Translations under genes and position numbers: made by a program
Source of the DNA: a virus
Taxonomy: Duplodnaviria > Caudoviricetes
Direction: 5' to 3' (one strand)
Virus record (IMG/VR): IMGVR_UViG_2974792740_000001
Location: 11,944 to 75,943 of that record
Length of the DNA stretch: 64,000 nucleotides
Notes under the pieces: generated by a model
Databases searched by the model: none
Told to the model about the DNA's origin: nothing
Seen by the model: only the letters and a program-made list of their open reading frames with translations
In this document: positions 30,628-39,462 of the stretch, one piece after another
Position numbering within the stretch: position 1 is the first letter of the stretch
How the letters are laid out: each line of letters starts with the position of its first letter

Positions 30628-30900
30628 AATTAGAGATATAGCGCCAAGGCAGCGAGAGCGTATCTGTACTGCCCGCCCACGAGATCGAAGCCGTGGGTGA
30701 CCCCCGTCAGATGGGGAGGGTTCGTCATGCCCTCTGGATGGTCCCGATGTAAACGACCTGATGTTCCTGAGGGTCCGGTTGAGCACGTTCGTGACGGTCA
30801 AGGCAGACCCGGCGTCACATTCTTGTGGACAGTGCTCGTTTCTCTTTATGCATGGCGTCCTGCTCTATAGGCCGTGCTGTACCTAGAAAGCGAGAAGTAG

Positions 30901-31086
30901 TTGAATTCTGGTTGGGAAAAGAGAGCTCCGAAGATCGAAGAGATGAAGTACTCGGACGGAGATGTCCTCGAAGTCTCGGCAGTAGGTGACGAGATTCGAT
31001 TCTCGGTTGCAAACTCGATCGGCGTGTACGTTCCGTTCAATGAGCTGAAACCGCTCATCGAGATGCATGATTCCTACGCCGAGTGA
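30901..31086 (+). CDS. Hypothetical protein
   Basis: Short ORF with purine-rich leader. Confidence 0.45.
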   Translation: MNSGWEKRAPKIEEMKYSDGDVLEVSAVGDEIRFSVANSIGVYVPFNELKPLIEMHDSYAE

Positions 31087-31173
31087 ACCTCGTAGGAATC
31101 ATGCTCGCAGGAGGTTGGATGGCAGCCATCTTCTTATGCATAAACCCCCACTACTGCCCCGGATGGATGCTGA

Positions 31174-31425
31174 ATGCAGCATATCGACTATCCGGTTCTT
31201 GAGTCCGTCGATTCCCTGAACAAGGAACTCGTTGGCACTGTCATTCGGTCGAGCACTCATGTGTTTGTGAAGGCCACGAAGCGTCAGTGGATTCAACCTG
31301 GTTCAACGGTGTTGAGGGATACTGCGGAGCTGTTCATTTTGGATGATCGCGGCATGTTCGATGTGTTGTGGCGTCCTGAGAAGTCCAAGCGGGTCGATGA
31401 CGACGATTATCTGACCCTGCTGTAG
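31174..31425 (+). CDS. Hypothetical protein
   Basis: Fits the rightward gene run. Confidence 0.55.
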   Translation: MQHIDYPVLESVDSLNKELVGTVIRSSTHVFVKATKRQWIQPGSTVLRDTAELFILDDRGMFDVLWRPEKSKRVDDDDYLTLL

Positions 31426-31443
31426 CGAAGAGAGACTGATGCA

Positions 31444-31686
31444 ATGAGTCCACGGGATCCTCTCTGGGAGGTTCGGGACGAAATCGAGTATGTGCGCAGT
31501 CAGAACGGCTGGCTCAAATCTGTCTCCGTTCCTGTCGACCTGGCGGAGATCCTGATTGCGGAACACGACCAGCTTTCGAATCTTCTGAATTACGACACTT
31601 CGTGTGTTCGTTGCGCGGAATGGCTTGACGAGCAGGTCGAGATGGACGAGCACGAGCACGCAATGTTCGAATGGGGTTGGCAATGA
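31444..31686 (+). CDS. Hypothetical protein with CxxC
   Basis: SCVRCAEW; ATGA overlap with next gene. Confidence 0.55.
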   Translation: MSPRDPLWEVRDEIEYVRSQNGWLKSVSVPVDLAEILIAEHDQLSNLLNYDTSCVRCAEWLDEQVEMDEHEHAMFEWGWQ

Positions 31687-32192
31687 GTAACGGGTTTACG
31701 AATTCCCACAACCCGAGCAAGGGTGGCGGGCAGCGAGAAACACGGTGGCTGACTCCACGGGAGATCGTTGAACCCCTTGGAGAGTTCGACCTGGATCCTG
31801 CGGGCGCTCCTGGACATCAGCTAGCAGCTTTCACGTTCATGCCTGAGAACGGCTTGGATGGTTTGGAAGAGGATTGGTTGCGGTTCCGTGTGTGGCTGAA
31901 TCCGCCGTACGGGAAAGAGCTTGTCCCGTTCATGCGGAAGATGGCCGAGCATAACTATGGCACCGCGTTGGTGTTCGCCAGGACTGAGACTGAGTGGTTT
32001 CGGAACTATGTGTGGGGTGCCGCCACTGCCCTATTGTTCCTGACTTCTCGGTTGCATTTTCTTCATGCTGATGGGACGCCGGCAAAGCACAATGCGGGTG
32101 CTCCGTCTGTGTTGGTTGCTTATGGGGCTGAGGATGCGAAGGCGTTGTCGGACTCTGGCCTGGATGGTTTCTACGTGAGGATTCGCGAATGA
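31683..32192 (+). CDS. Phage DNA N6-adenine methyltransferase
   Basis: WLTP, FDLDPA, VWLNPPYG, ARTETEWF. Confidence 0.85.
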   Translation: MSNGFTNSHNPSKGGGQRETRWLTPREIVEPLGEFDLDPAGAPGHQLAAFTFMPENGLDGLEEDWLRFRVWLNPPYGKELVPFMRKMAEHNYGTALVFARTETEWFRNYVWGAATALLFLTSRLHFLHADGTPAKHNAGAPSVLVAYGAEDAKALSDSGLDGFYVRIRE

Positions 32193-32413
32193 GCTTGGAA
32201 ATTGAAGTTGACGCAATAACGTCGGTGCTACTGACGGATGGACGCTGGTACAGAGCTGTCGATTTCTGCCTTGACGCCTATGAGTATGTGGATTTCTTGG
32301 TTGGTGGGCAAGACCGACGGGTTTCGGCCACGGGTTTTCAGTTCAGGCAGCCCGGTTCGAAAGGCTGGATCACCGGGCCTCTCACTTCCATTGTGGCGGT
32401 AGTGCGCGAATGA
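32189..32413 (+). CDS. Hypothetical protein
   Basis: ATGA overlaps on both sides. Confidence 0.6.
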   Translation: MSLEIEVDAITSVLLTDGRWYRAVDFCLDAYEYVDFLVGGQDRRVSATGFQFRQPGSKGWITGPLTSIVAVVRE

Positions 32414-32700
32414 GCTGCTGCACGACGATCCCCACCCAGTGGTTGACCCTGCACAACGTGCACCCGCCGAACGAGCACTGCGCTGTTGCGTGCACCATCC
32501 ACAACCAGACCGATCACCACATGCGGTTGTGGCGTCTGCATTGGCGTGACGATCGGAAGATATTCGAACGCATCTGCCCGATGCATGGTGTCGGCCATCC
32601 GGATCCGGATCAGTTTCCGTACTGGATGGCTACCGGCCAGGGCTCTCAAGCACTGCATGGTTGTTGTGGCTGCTGCCATGACGGAAAGGCGAAGCAATGA
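32410..32700 (+). CDS. Cys/His-rich hypothetical protein
   Basis: CTIHNQTDHHM..ERICPMHGVGHPDPD. Confidence 0.65.
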   Translation: MSCCTTIPTQWLTLHNVHPPNEHCAVACTIHNQTDHHMRLWRLHWRDDRKIFERICPMHGVGHPDPDQFPYWMATGQGSQALHGCCGCCHDGKAKQ

Positions 32701-33020
32701 TCGTTACTTCTGCAATGGTGCGCGCTGTTCGTAATCTCGCGGACCAGTCGGGGATGACTCTCCGCGAACTCGAAGACGCTGTTCCCAAGCACTGGACTGA
32801 CTATGATCATGTTCCGGTGGGCGTCCCCTTCGTGGCCCCCAACGGCGGGGGGCGTTCTTCAGTGATTGTGTTCGTCAAGCTCTCGACGGGCACTCTGCTG
32901 AACTTCGGGTCTGACGCAACCGATCGCAGCATCACCGTTCCAGCCTCGGTTGTCTCGGATGACTCTCTGTTCGTCGAGTTTCGGTCGGAGGCCATGACCT
33001 TTGGCACGAAACTCAACTAA
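32697..33020 (+). CDS. Hypothetical protein
   Basis: ATGA overlap. Confidence 0.55.
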   Translation: MIVTSAMVRAVRNLADQSGMTLRELEDAVPKHWTDYDHVPVGVPFVAPNGGGRSSVIVFVKLSTGTLLNFGSDATDRSITVPASVVSDDSLFVEFRSEAMTFGTKLN

Positions 33021-33348
33021 CGAGAAGGAATGCCGCCGCATTGTCTACGAACGCTCAGAAGGCGTCTGTGAGATTTGCTGCATGGCACCAGCCCAATCAG
33101 TCCACCATCGCCGGAAACGCAGCCACGGAGGCCCCTGGACGGCAGCAAACTGCATCCACATCTGCGGGGACGGAACACGCGGTTGTCATGGCTGGATAGA
33201 AGCCAATCCGAAGAAAGCCCACGACCGTGGCTACTGGGTGTGGTCGTGGGAAGACGAACGTGCGATGCCCATTCTCCTTTGGGGTGACTGGGTGTTGCTT
33301 CAGGAAGATGGTTCGAAGATCAAAACGACGGAACGGGAGTTCGAATGA
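33001..33348 (+). CDS. HNH endonuclease
   Basis: CEIC, HHRRKRSHGG, NCIHIC..GCH. Confidence 0.85.
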   Translation: MARNSTNEKECRRIVYERSEGVCEICCMAPAQSVHHRRKRSHGGPWTAANCIHICGDGTRGCHGWIEANPKKAHDRGYWVWSWEDERAMPILLWGDWVLLQEDGSKIKTTEREFE

Positions 33349-33686
33349 AGAAGAGGCTCTTCACTGTGGCCGTGATCGCGGCTGCAACCTCGCTCGCCAC
33401 CGGGTGTTCGTTCATGAATGAACAGACCCATCGCGGCTGTGTGGTTCAGGAGAAGAAGACCGAGTACAACGTCACCAATGGCAGTTCGGAGCGCAAGAAC
33501 CGTCTGGTCACTTCGTGTGGCGTGTTTGAGGTGGGTGATTCGCTTTCTGGCGGGTTCAGTAGCTACGACACGTGGTCGAAGTTGAAGGAAGGGAAGTCGT
33601 ACGACATCCAGACGGGCGGGTTCCGGATCGGCGTCTTCTCGCAGTTCCCGACTGTCACGGGCATCACTGAGGTGAAGGCGGGCTGA
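33345..33686 (+). CDS. Putative lipoprotein
   Basis: Signal peptide with lipobox LATGC. Confidence 0.7.
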   Translation: MKKRLFTVAVIAAATSLATGCSFMNEQTHRGCVVQEKKTEYNVTNGSSERKNRLVTSCGVFEVGDSLSGGFSSYDTWSKLKEGKSYDIQTGGFRIGVFSQFPTVTGITEVKAG

Positions 33687-33889
33687 TGAAGCGCGTGTTG
33701 GCGTTGGTGGTTGCTGGTGTCGCCGGTCTTGCAGTCCTGACCGGCTGTGGCAATGAACCCGAGTACACCGGGCCGGATGACTACAAGCCTCGCACCATCC
33801 AGCTTCGCGACGGCAGGACGCTTGAGTGCGTCCAGGTCGGGACCGGCAGTCAGCGAATGATGACCTGCGACTGGGCGAACGTGAAGTGA
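33686..33889 (+). CDS. Putative lipoprotein
   Basis: Signal peptide with lipobox LTGC; LRDGRTLECV. Confidence 0.7.
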   Translation: MKRVLALVVAGVAGLAVLTGCGNEPEYTGPDDYKPRTIQLRDGRTLECVQVGTGSQRMMTCDWANVK

Positions 33890-33898
33890 GGAGACTGA

Positions 33899-35197
33899 TT
33901 GGTTGACGTACTCAAACAGGCACTAGAAACAACCGTCCGATCCACCGATGAACGAATCCTGATCGCAGGACTCACCAACCTGGGTATGCGGGACACCATG
34001 CCGCAATACCTGGACAAGCTGGAATCCGAGGACTTCCACTTCAAGGACCACGGTTCCATCTGGCAGGCCGCGCAGAAGCTCTCCGCTGACTCGCGCACCA
34101 TCTCCCCTGAGAATCTGAAGATGAAGCTGCGCACTCAGACGCAGAAGAACATCGTGGATGATCTCGCTGGGCAGTCGGTTCGGGAGATCGAAATCCAGCG
34201 GGGTATCGAGATTGTGCGGGCGGCTTCGAAGCGCCGCAACCTGATCCGAACCATGCGGGAGATCGCAGAGTTTGTCGGTGAGACCGATGAGTTCGCGCCG
34301 GCCTTGGACTTCGCGCACTCGAAGTTGCAGAACCTTGATGCCGCTGAGGTTGAGGACAGCAGTTCCGATCTGACGGATTCGCTGCACAACTTCTGGAACG
34401 AAGTCGACGCGGAACCCGAGGATCGCGAGGACGTGTGGCCGACCCAGTACGCGAGCCTCAACAAAAAGCTGAACGGCGGTATCCGTCGTGGCCGAATGTA
34501 TCTCGTGGGTGGCCGACCTGGCGAGGGGAAGTCGCTTCTGCTGACCAACCTTGCTGGCGAGTTCGCGAAGCCTGCGTTGAATCTGAAGCAGCTTGTCTTC
34601 TCGGCTGAGATGTCTCGGCGTGAGGTGATGAACCGGCTTATGGCTGCGGGGGCGTACGCCGACTATGGCGCGCTAGAACGCGGCGAGGTATCCGAAGAGG
34701 ACCGCGTTGCGTTGCAGAACTACTCCGATGAGATTCGGAATGCTTCTCTCGCGGTGGTTGACAAGCCGTCTATCTCTGTGCGTGACATTCGGGCGCAGGC
34801 CACGGCCATGAAGCGCCAGGGTGGTCTCGACGTGATCTATGTGGACTATCTACAGATCATCAATCCGGATGATCGGAGTCTCCGCAAGGACATTCAGATC
34901 GGTGACATGTCGGAGTCGTTGAAGAAGTTGGCACGCGAGTTGGATGTGGCGATCTTCGTCGCTGTGCAGCTCAATCGTTCTCAGTTTGATAAGGGCGATA
35001 AGCGGATGCCGACTTTGACGGACATTCGGGATTCGGACAAACCGGGGCAGGACGCTGATGTGGTGTTCCTGATCCATCACCCCAAGGGGCATCACACAGT
35101 TGGTGGCGATGTCCAGCTTTGTATGCCTAAGAACCGTACGGGCGGGGTGGCAATTGAAACGCGTGCTTGGCGAGCTGACCAAGCGCGTATCGCATAA
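33899..35197 (+). CDS. dnaB: DnaB-like replicative helicase
   Basis: GGRPGEGKS, FSAEM, VDYLQ, QLNR, DIRDS, KNRTG. Confidence 0.95.
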   Translation: MVDVLKQALETTVRSTDERILIAGLTNLGMRDTMPQYLDKLESEDFHFKDHGSIWQAAQKLSADSRTISPENLKMKLRTQTQKNIVDDLAGQSVREIEIQRGIEIVRAASKRRNLIRTMREIAEFVGETDEFAPALDFAHSKLQNLDAAEVEDSSSDLTDSLHNFWNEVDAEPEDREDVWPTQYASLNKKLNGGIRRGRMYLVGGRPGEGKSLLLTNLAGEFAKPALNLKQLVFSAEMSRREVMNRLMAAGAYADYGALERGEVSEEDRVALQNYSDEIRNASLAVVDKPSISVRDIRAQATAMKRQGGLDVIYVDYLQIINPDDRSLRKDIQIGDMSESLKKLARELDVAIFVAVQLNRSQFDKGDKRMPTLTDIRDSDKPGQDADVVFLIHHPKGHHTVGGDVQLCMPKNRTGGVAIETRAWRADQARIA

Positions 35198-35217
35198 CAG
35201 AAAGAGACACAACACAT

Positions 35218-35568
35218 ATGGCAATGCCTACCATCACCGGCCAGGGCATGATCTTCGCGGGCAAGGACAACGAGTTCGCGTTCGGGTACGGGCAGTCCGG
35301 TAAGGCGTGGCTGAAGGCCACCATCGGCGTGTCGGCCAGCCGGAAGAACGATTACGGCGAGTACGAGCGCACCAAGGAAGCCAACATCGACGTGTCGGCG
35401 TTCGGTTCGCTCGCGGAGCAGATCAAGGAATCGATCGAGCACAAGGACATCGTGAACTTCACGGCCCGCCTGGACGGCACCGACACCTTCGAGAAGAAGG
35501 ACGGCACGGTCAATGTGAAGCTGACGGCCACCCTGGATTCCATCGGCAAGGTTGATCCTCGCGACTGA
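35218..35568 (+). CDS. ssb: Single-stranded DNA-binding protein
   Basis: OB-fold pattern GKAWLKATIG..DVSAFGSLAEQI..DIVNFTARL; follows helicase. Confidence 0.75.
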   Translation: MAMPTITGQGMIFAGKDNEFAFGYGQSGKAWLKATIGVSASRKNDYGEYERTKEANIDVSAFGSLAEQIKESIEHKDIVNFTARLDGTDTFEKKDGTVNVKLTATLDSIGKVDPRD

Positions 35569-35578
35569 CGATCCTGTT

Positions 35579-35605
35579 GGGGAGGGGCCGGTTTGGTCCC
35601 TCCCC
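35579..35605 (+). terminator. 11-bp hairpin after ssb
   Basis: GGGGAGGGGCC/GGTCCCTCCCC. Confidence 0.5.
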
Positions 35606-35622
35606 TCTGTGTGGAGGGATGT

Positions 35623-35874
35623 ATGGCTACAGCAACTATTGATGATGTGCAGGTGGACGTGAGTTTGCCTGTTGTGGACTTCGCCCCTCCGTGTGAGGTG
35701 CAGGAGTCGGAGCATGGGACGCAGCCGTGGGAGGACTGCGAAGAGGTTGCGACACACGAGATTGTGTTCGCGACGAGCAAGGACACAGTGACTCGCAAGT
35801 TTGCGTGCAACAACTGTCTGCTCGAAATCTGGTCGTTGGGCCGGATGCTGTCTGCGACGAAGCTTGGAGGCTGA
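35623..35874 (+). CDS. Small Cys-containing hypothetical protein
   Basis: GGAGGG RBS; PCE..C..H..CNNC. Confidence 0.6.
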   Translation: MATATIDDVQVDVSLPVVDFAPPCEVQESEHGTQPWEDCEEVATHEIVFATSKDTVTRKFACNNCLLEIWSLGRMLSATKLGG

Positions 35875-36396
35875 ATGTCGGACCTGTTGAAAGAGGCCGA
35901 TCACATCGTGTCTGGTGACCGTGCGGGCGATTACGGGGAGAACAGTCTCCCGGCGATTGCTCGGTTGTGGTCGGAGCATGTGGGTTCGGAGATCACGGCG
36001 CGGGATGTGGCGTGGATGATGGTTCTGCTGAAGTCGGTGCGTGACCGGCATAAGGAGAAGCGGGACAACCTGGTTGATGCGATCGGGTATATCCAGTTGG
36101 CTGAGGTGAACACGACTCCTGGGCCGGTGAAGGCTGAGGGTGAGATGATTATCCCGGCTGCTGAGGCCCTGTCGCAAAACGGGCAGAACCTTCTCAAGGC
36201 GATCAACGACGCCGAGCTTGCCTCGCCTCGCGAGTTTGAGGTGGGCGACCAGGTGGAAGTCATTGACGGCTTCAAGTCCAAGATCGGACGCAAGGGCCGT
36301 GTGCTCGATGTCGGCGTTTTCATCGAAGTAGCTGAGGGCAGCAGCGACGGAAGCTTCCCATACCTACGGCGCGAGCTGAAGCACCTCACCGCGTGA
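35875..36396 (+). CDS. DUF6378-like (dNTP diphosphohydrolase-related) protein with SH3/KOW-like tail
   Basis: ADHIVSGDRAGDYG, MMVLLKSVR, DNLVDAIGY. Confidence 0.7.
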   Translation: MSDLLKEADHIVSGDRAGDYGENSLPAIARLWSEHVGSEITARDVAWMMVLLKSVRDRHKEKRDNLVDAIGYIQLAEVNTTPGPVKAEGEMIIPAAEALSQNGQNLLKAINDAELASPREFEVGDQVEVIDGFKSKIGRKGRVLDVGVFIEVAEGSSDGSFPYLRRELKHLTA

Positions 36397-37256
36397 AGGT
36401 CGGCTCAATCTGCTCAGGAATCGGAGGGCTCGACCTCGCCGTAGAAACCTTCTTCGGGGCCGAACTCGCCTGGTACGCAGAGAATGCCGAAGCGCCGGCC
36501 AAAGTCATGGCAGAGCATTGGCCGGGGATCCCGAACCTGGGAGACATCACCACGCAACGCTGGTGGGATACGCCCCGCGTGGACATCCTCTGCGGAGGCT
36601 ACCCATGCCAGCCGTTCTCCCAAGCCGGAAAGAAGAAGGGCGTCAATGACGAACGACACCTCTGGCCGCACATCCGGCAAGCCATTCGCTGGATACGACC
36701 GCGCTTCACGATCCTGGAAAACGTATCCGGGCACCGGAAAACAGGATTCGACACGGTTCTCGGGGACTTGGCCGAGGATGGGATGTACGCACGGTGGGTT
36801 AGCGTTCGAGCTTCAGACATCGGCGCTCCACACGGACGGGACCGAGTATTTCTCGTCGCCGCAACCGAAGGTGTCTGGCAGGCCCAAGCTCTTCCCGACA
36901 CCAAGGTCAGCGGATGCTATCGCTGGCCCGGACTTCTCCCGAGCCAGCAGGCCGAACAGCGGAGGCGACGATCTGGTTACGGTGATAGCTCGACTGTCGA
37001 TTGGGGCGTTTACGAACCCGCAGTGAGGCATTGGGAATCGTGGCATGGTCCCGCTCCGATGCCAGCGGTCCCCGGCAAGGATGGCCGTCCCCGCGTTGTG
37101 CCCCAGCTTGAAGAGTGGATGATGGGTTTCCCTCCCGGTTGGGTGACGAGCATGGGCATTGGGCGTCCGGATGCTATGCGTGCGTTCGGGAATGCTGTGT
37201 GTCCTCCGCAGGCTGTGCACGCGCTGCATCTGCTGTTCAGTGAGGGGTGGCCGTGA
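36393..37256 (+). CDS. C5 cytosine DNA methyltransferase
   Basis: SICSGIGG (I), GGYPCQPFS (IV), ENV (VI), GAPHGRDRVF (VIII), EWMMGFP (IX), FGNAV (X). Confidence 0.92.
   Translation: MKVGSICSGIGGLDLAVETFFGAELAWYAENAEAPAKVMAEHWPGIPNLGDITTQRWWDTPRVDILCGGYPCQPFSQAGKKKGVNDERHLWPHIRQAIRWIRPRFTILENVSGHRKTGFDTVLGDLAEDGMYARWVSVRASDIGAPHGRDRVFLVAATEGVWQAQALPDTKVSGCYRWPGLLPSQQAEQRRRRSGYGDSSTVDWGVYEPAVRHWESWHGPAPMPAVPGKDGRPRVVPQLEEWMMGFPPGWVTSMGIGRPDAMRAFGNAVCPPQAVHALHLLFSEGWP
36646..37026 (+). CDS. Overlapping +1-frame gene inside the methyltransferase (candidate second subunit)
   Basis: AAGAAGGG RBS then ATG 36646; SGRTSG..SWKT..FSGTWPRMG..LFPTPRSAD..GGDDLVT. Confidence 0.6.
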   Translation: MTNDTSGRTSGKPFAGYDRASRSWKTYPGTGKQDSTRFSGTWPRMGCTHGGLAFELQTSALHTDGTEYFSSPQPKVSGRPKLFPTPRSADAIAGPDFSRASRPNSGGDDLVTVIARLSIGAFTNPQ

Positions 37257-37693
37257 GCGAAGTGTTCATTGCCGGGGAACCGGCTCCGCAAGGCAGCAAG
37301 CAAGCCTACGTTCGTGGTGGGCGTGCAGTCCTCGTTGAAGCGTCAAAGAAGCTGATGCCGTGGCGCAAACATGTTGCGACGGTGTTCGGCGAGTTCTGGG
37401 ATCGTGGCCCGATTGAAGGTGGTGTGCGCGCGGACATCGAGTTTGTGATGCCTCGCCCGAAGTCGTTGCCGAAGACGAAGCCCACTCCCCCTGCTATCAA
37501 GAGACCGGATGTGGACAAGCTGGTTCGCGCCATCTTCGATGCCATCACTGGCCGTGCGTTTCTTGATGATTCGCAGGTTGTGGATATGAGGGTGTTGAAG
37601 CGTGTGGCCGAGCTGGATGAGCCGTCTGGTGTCTTCATTGAAGTGAAGGAATCAGGTGCAATACCGCGACGGGCACGACCCGTACACGTTTGA
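37253..37693 (+). CDS. rusA: RusA-like Holliday junction resolvase
   Basis: GEPAPQGSK, KRPDVDKLVRAIFDAIT, DDSQV. Confidence 0.9.
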   Translation: MSEVFIAGEPAPQGSKQAYVRGGRAVLVEASKKLMPWRKHVATVFGEFWDRGPIEGGVRADIEFVMPRPKSLPKTKPTPPAIKRPDVDKLVRAIFDAITGRAFLDDSQVVDMRVLKRVAELDEPSGVFIEVKESGAIPRRARPVHV

Positions 37694-38348
37694 CGATGAT
37701 GAGGTCGGCCTCAATTATCAGGCGCTCCGCATGTTGTGGCGGTCTCGGGCCATTCACCGGCAGGCCGTTACTGACTGGATGACCCAGCGCCCCACCGTCG
37801 ATGAAGTTGAGTTGCCCGAGGATGTGACGGAGAAGCTGCAACGCCTCGCCGCGCAGAACTCCCGCCGGCCTGACGCTGTGCAGCTCATTCAGCAAATCCC
37901 GTATGTGGTTGCGTGGTTTCGGGAATCGATGGTCGCTGGGTCTCATCCGGGCGGCGAAGAGGACATCAAGTCTTCTGCTGGCCCCTCGTCTCGCCCACCT
38001 TTTCGTGTGGCGTTCATGTCGGCTGCTGATCGTGAGGTGGCCGCTCTGGTGCATTGGTGTCACGAGTGTGGCGTCAGTGTGCGTGGCCCGGTGTACATGG
38101 TTGCCGGGTCTATCCGTGGTGTGTCGCCGCGTGATCCGAGTTCCCCGATCCGCCAGATGGCCGAAGAGTTGTCGGACGCTGTTTCGCGGTGGGGTGAACC
38201 GGAAGGTATCTACACCGACCCTGAGTTTGGTTTGTGGTCGATTCGTTCTGCGCACTACGGCATTTGGCCCGAGTTGGGGTCTTTGTTCACTGAGGATCCG
38301 GATGTTCCGGATCCGGATGATGATGTTGAGCCGGAAGGTTTGTTTTGA
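37656..38348 (+). CDS. Hypothetical protein
   Basis: 230-aa ORF; TTGA overlap with the next gene. Confidence 0.6.
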   Translation: MQYRDGHDPYTFDDDEVGLNYQALRMLWRSRAIHRQAVTDWMTQRPTVDEVELPEDVTEKLQRLAAQNSRRPDAVQLIQQIPYVVAWFRESMVAGSHPGGEEDIKSSAGPSSRPPFRVAFMSAADREVAALVHWCHECGVSVRGPVYMVAGSIRGVSPRDPSSPIRQMAEELSDAVSRWGEPEGIYTDPEFGLWSIRSAHYGIWPELGSLFTEDPDVPDPDDDVEPEGLF

Positions 38349-39292
38349 CAGAACTGATTGCAATGCGGGGCCTGCCTGGTTCCGGGAAGACCACCCGTGC
38401 TCGCCGAATCGCCGCCGCCACTGGGGCTGTCGTTGTCGGTCGTGACTTCGAACGCTTCCAGATGTTCGGCGAGTGGTGGACTGGCGGCAAACCCGAGCAC
38501 GAGGATGCAGTCACGGTCGCCCTGAACGCCAAGGTGCGAGCCTTGCTGAAGGCGAATCAATCTGTGGTCGTTGACAACACGCACATTCGCCTCGGTTACC
38601 TGAAGGATTGGGCGAAGGTCGCTTCGGAGTGTGGGGCCACGTTCCGGATTGAAGACGTGAAGACGGACGTTGAAGAGTGCATCCGCCGAGACAATGACCG
38701 TTTTCACAACTTCGGTGGCGACCGGGCGAGCTTGGGTGGCGACAGACTGGTGGGCGAGCAGGCGATTCGCCGAATGGCATCACGCATTGACTGGCGTATG
38801 CCGAAGCCGGTAGCGCCCATTGAGATCGAACCCGTTGACCACAAGGTTGCCGAAGAGCTGATGCTTCCCGGCGCGATCCTCGTGGACATCGACGGCACAC
38901 TCGCCCACATGACGGGGCGCAGCCCGTACGACTACAGCCGCGTTGGTGAAGACATGGTGGACTTCGCTGTTCGCGGGATCGTTCAGGACTACGAAGAACT
39001 CGGTTACGACATCATCGTGTGCTCGGGCCGTGACGACGAATGCCGCACCATGACCGTGGCATGGTTGCTCGCCAACGACATCCCGTTCCACAAGCTGCTC
39101 ATGCGGCCCACGGACGCCAAGGACGCCAACGGCAACAAACTCCCCGACTGGATCGTCAAATACAACCTGTTCAACGAGAACGTGCGCGGCAAGTACGACG
39201 TGGCATTCGTCCTCGACGACCGCAATCAGGTTGTGGACATGTGGCGCAAGCTCGGGCTGAAGTGTTTGCAGGTTGCCCCCGGCGACTTCTGA
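38345..39292 (+). CDS. Polynucleotide 5'-kinase / 3'-phosphatase (T4 PseT-like)
   Basis: GLPGSGKT P-loop; HAD DIDGTLA, SGR, LLMR, LDDR. Confidence 0.92.
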   Translation: MTELIAMRGLPGSGKTTRARRIAAATGAVVVGRDFERFQMFGEWWTGGKPEHEDAVTVALNAKVRALLKANQSVVVDNTHIRLGYLKDWAKVASECGATFRIEDVKTDVEECIRRDNDRFHNFGGDRASLGGDRLVGEQAIRRMASRIDWRMPKPVAPIEIEPVDHKVAEELMLPGAILVDIDGTLAHMTGRSPYDYSRVGEDMVDFAVRGIVQDYEELGYDIIVCSGRDDECRTMTVAWLLANDIPFHKLLMRPTDAKDANGNKLPDWIVKYNLFNENVRGKYDVAFVLDDRNQVVDMWRKLGLKCLQVAPGDF

Positions 39293-39462
39293 TGTACGTC
39301 GCGCCGGATCGTCCAGCTCTCGAATGCCAGGCGTGCGGTATGGCACTGCAAGCACTCACTGACGAGCAAGCCGCCGACATGGCACTCAATCCCTACAACT
39401 ACATCGCCTTTTGTGCCCCGTGTAAGCGCAAGGGCTATCACATAGAACCAGGATTCTTATGA
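39292..39462 (+). CDS. Small zinc-ribbon protein
   Basis: CQAC..CAPC; TGATG overlap. Confidence 0.6.
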   Translation: MYVAPDRPALECQACGMALQALTDEQAADMALNPYNYIAFCAPCKRKGYHIEPGFL

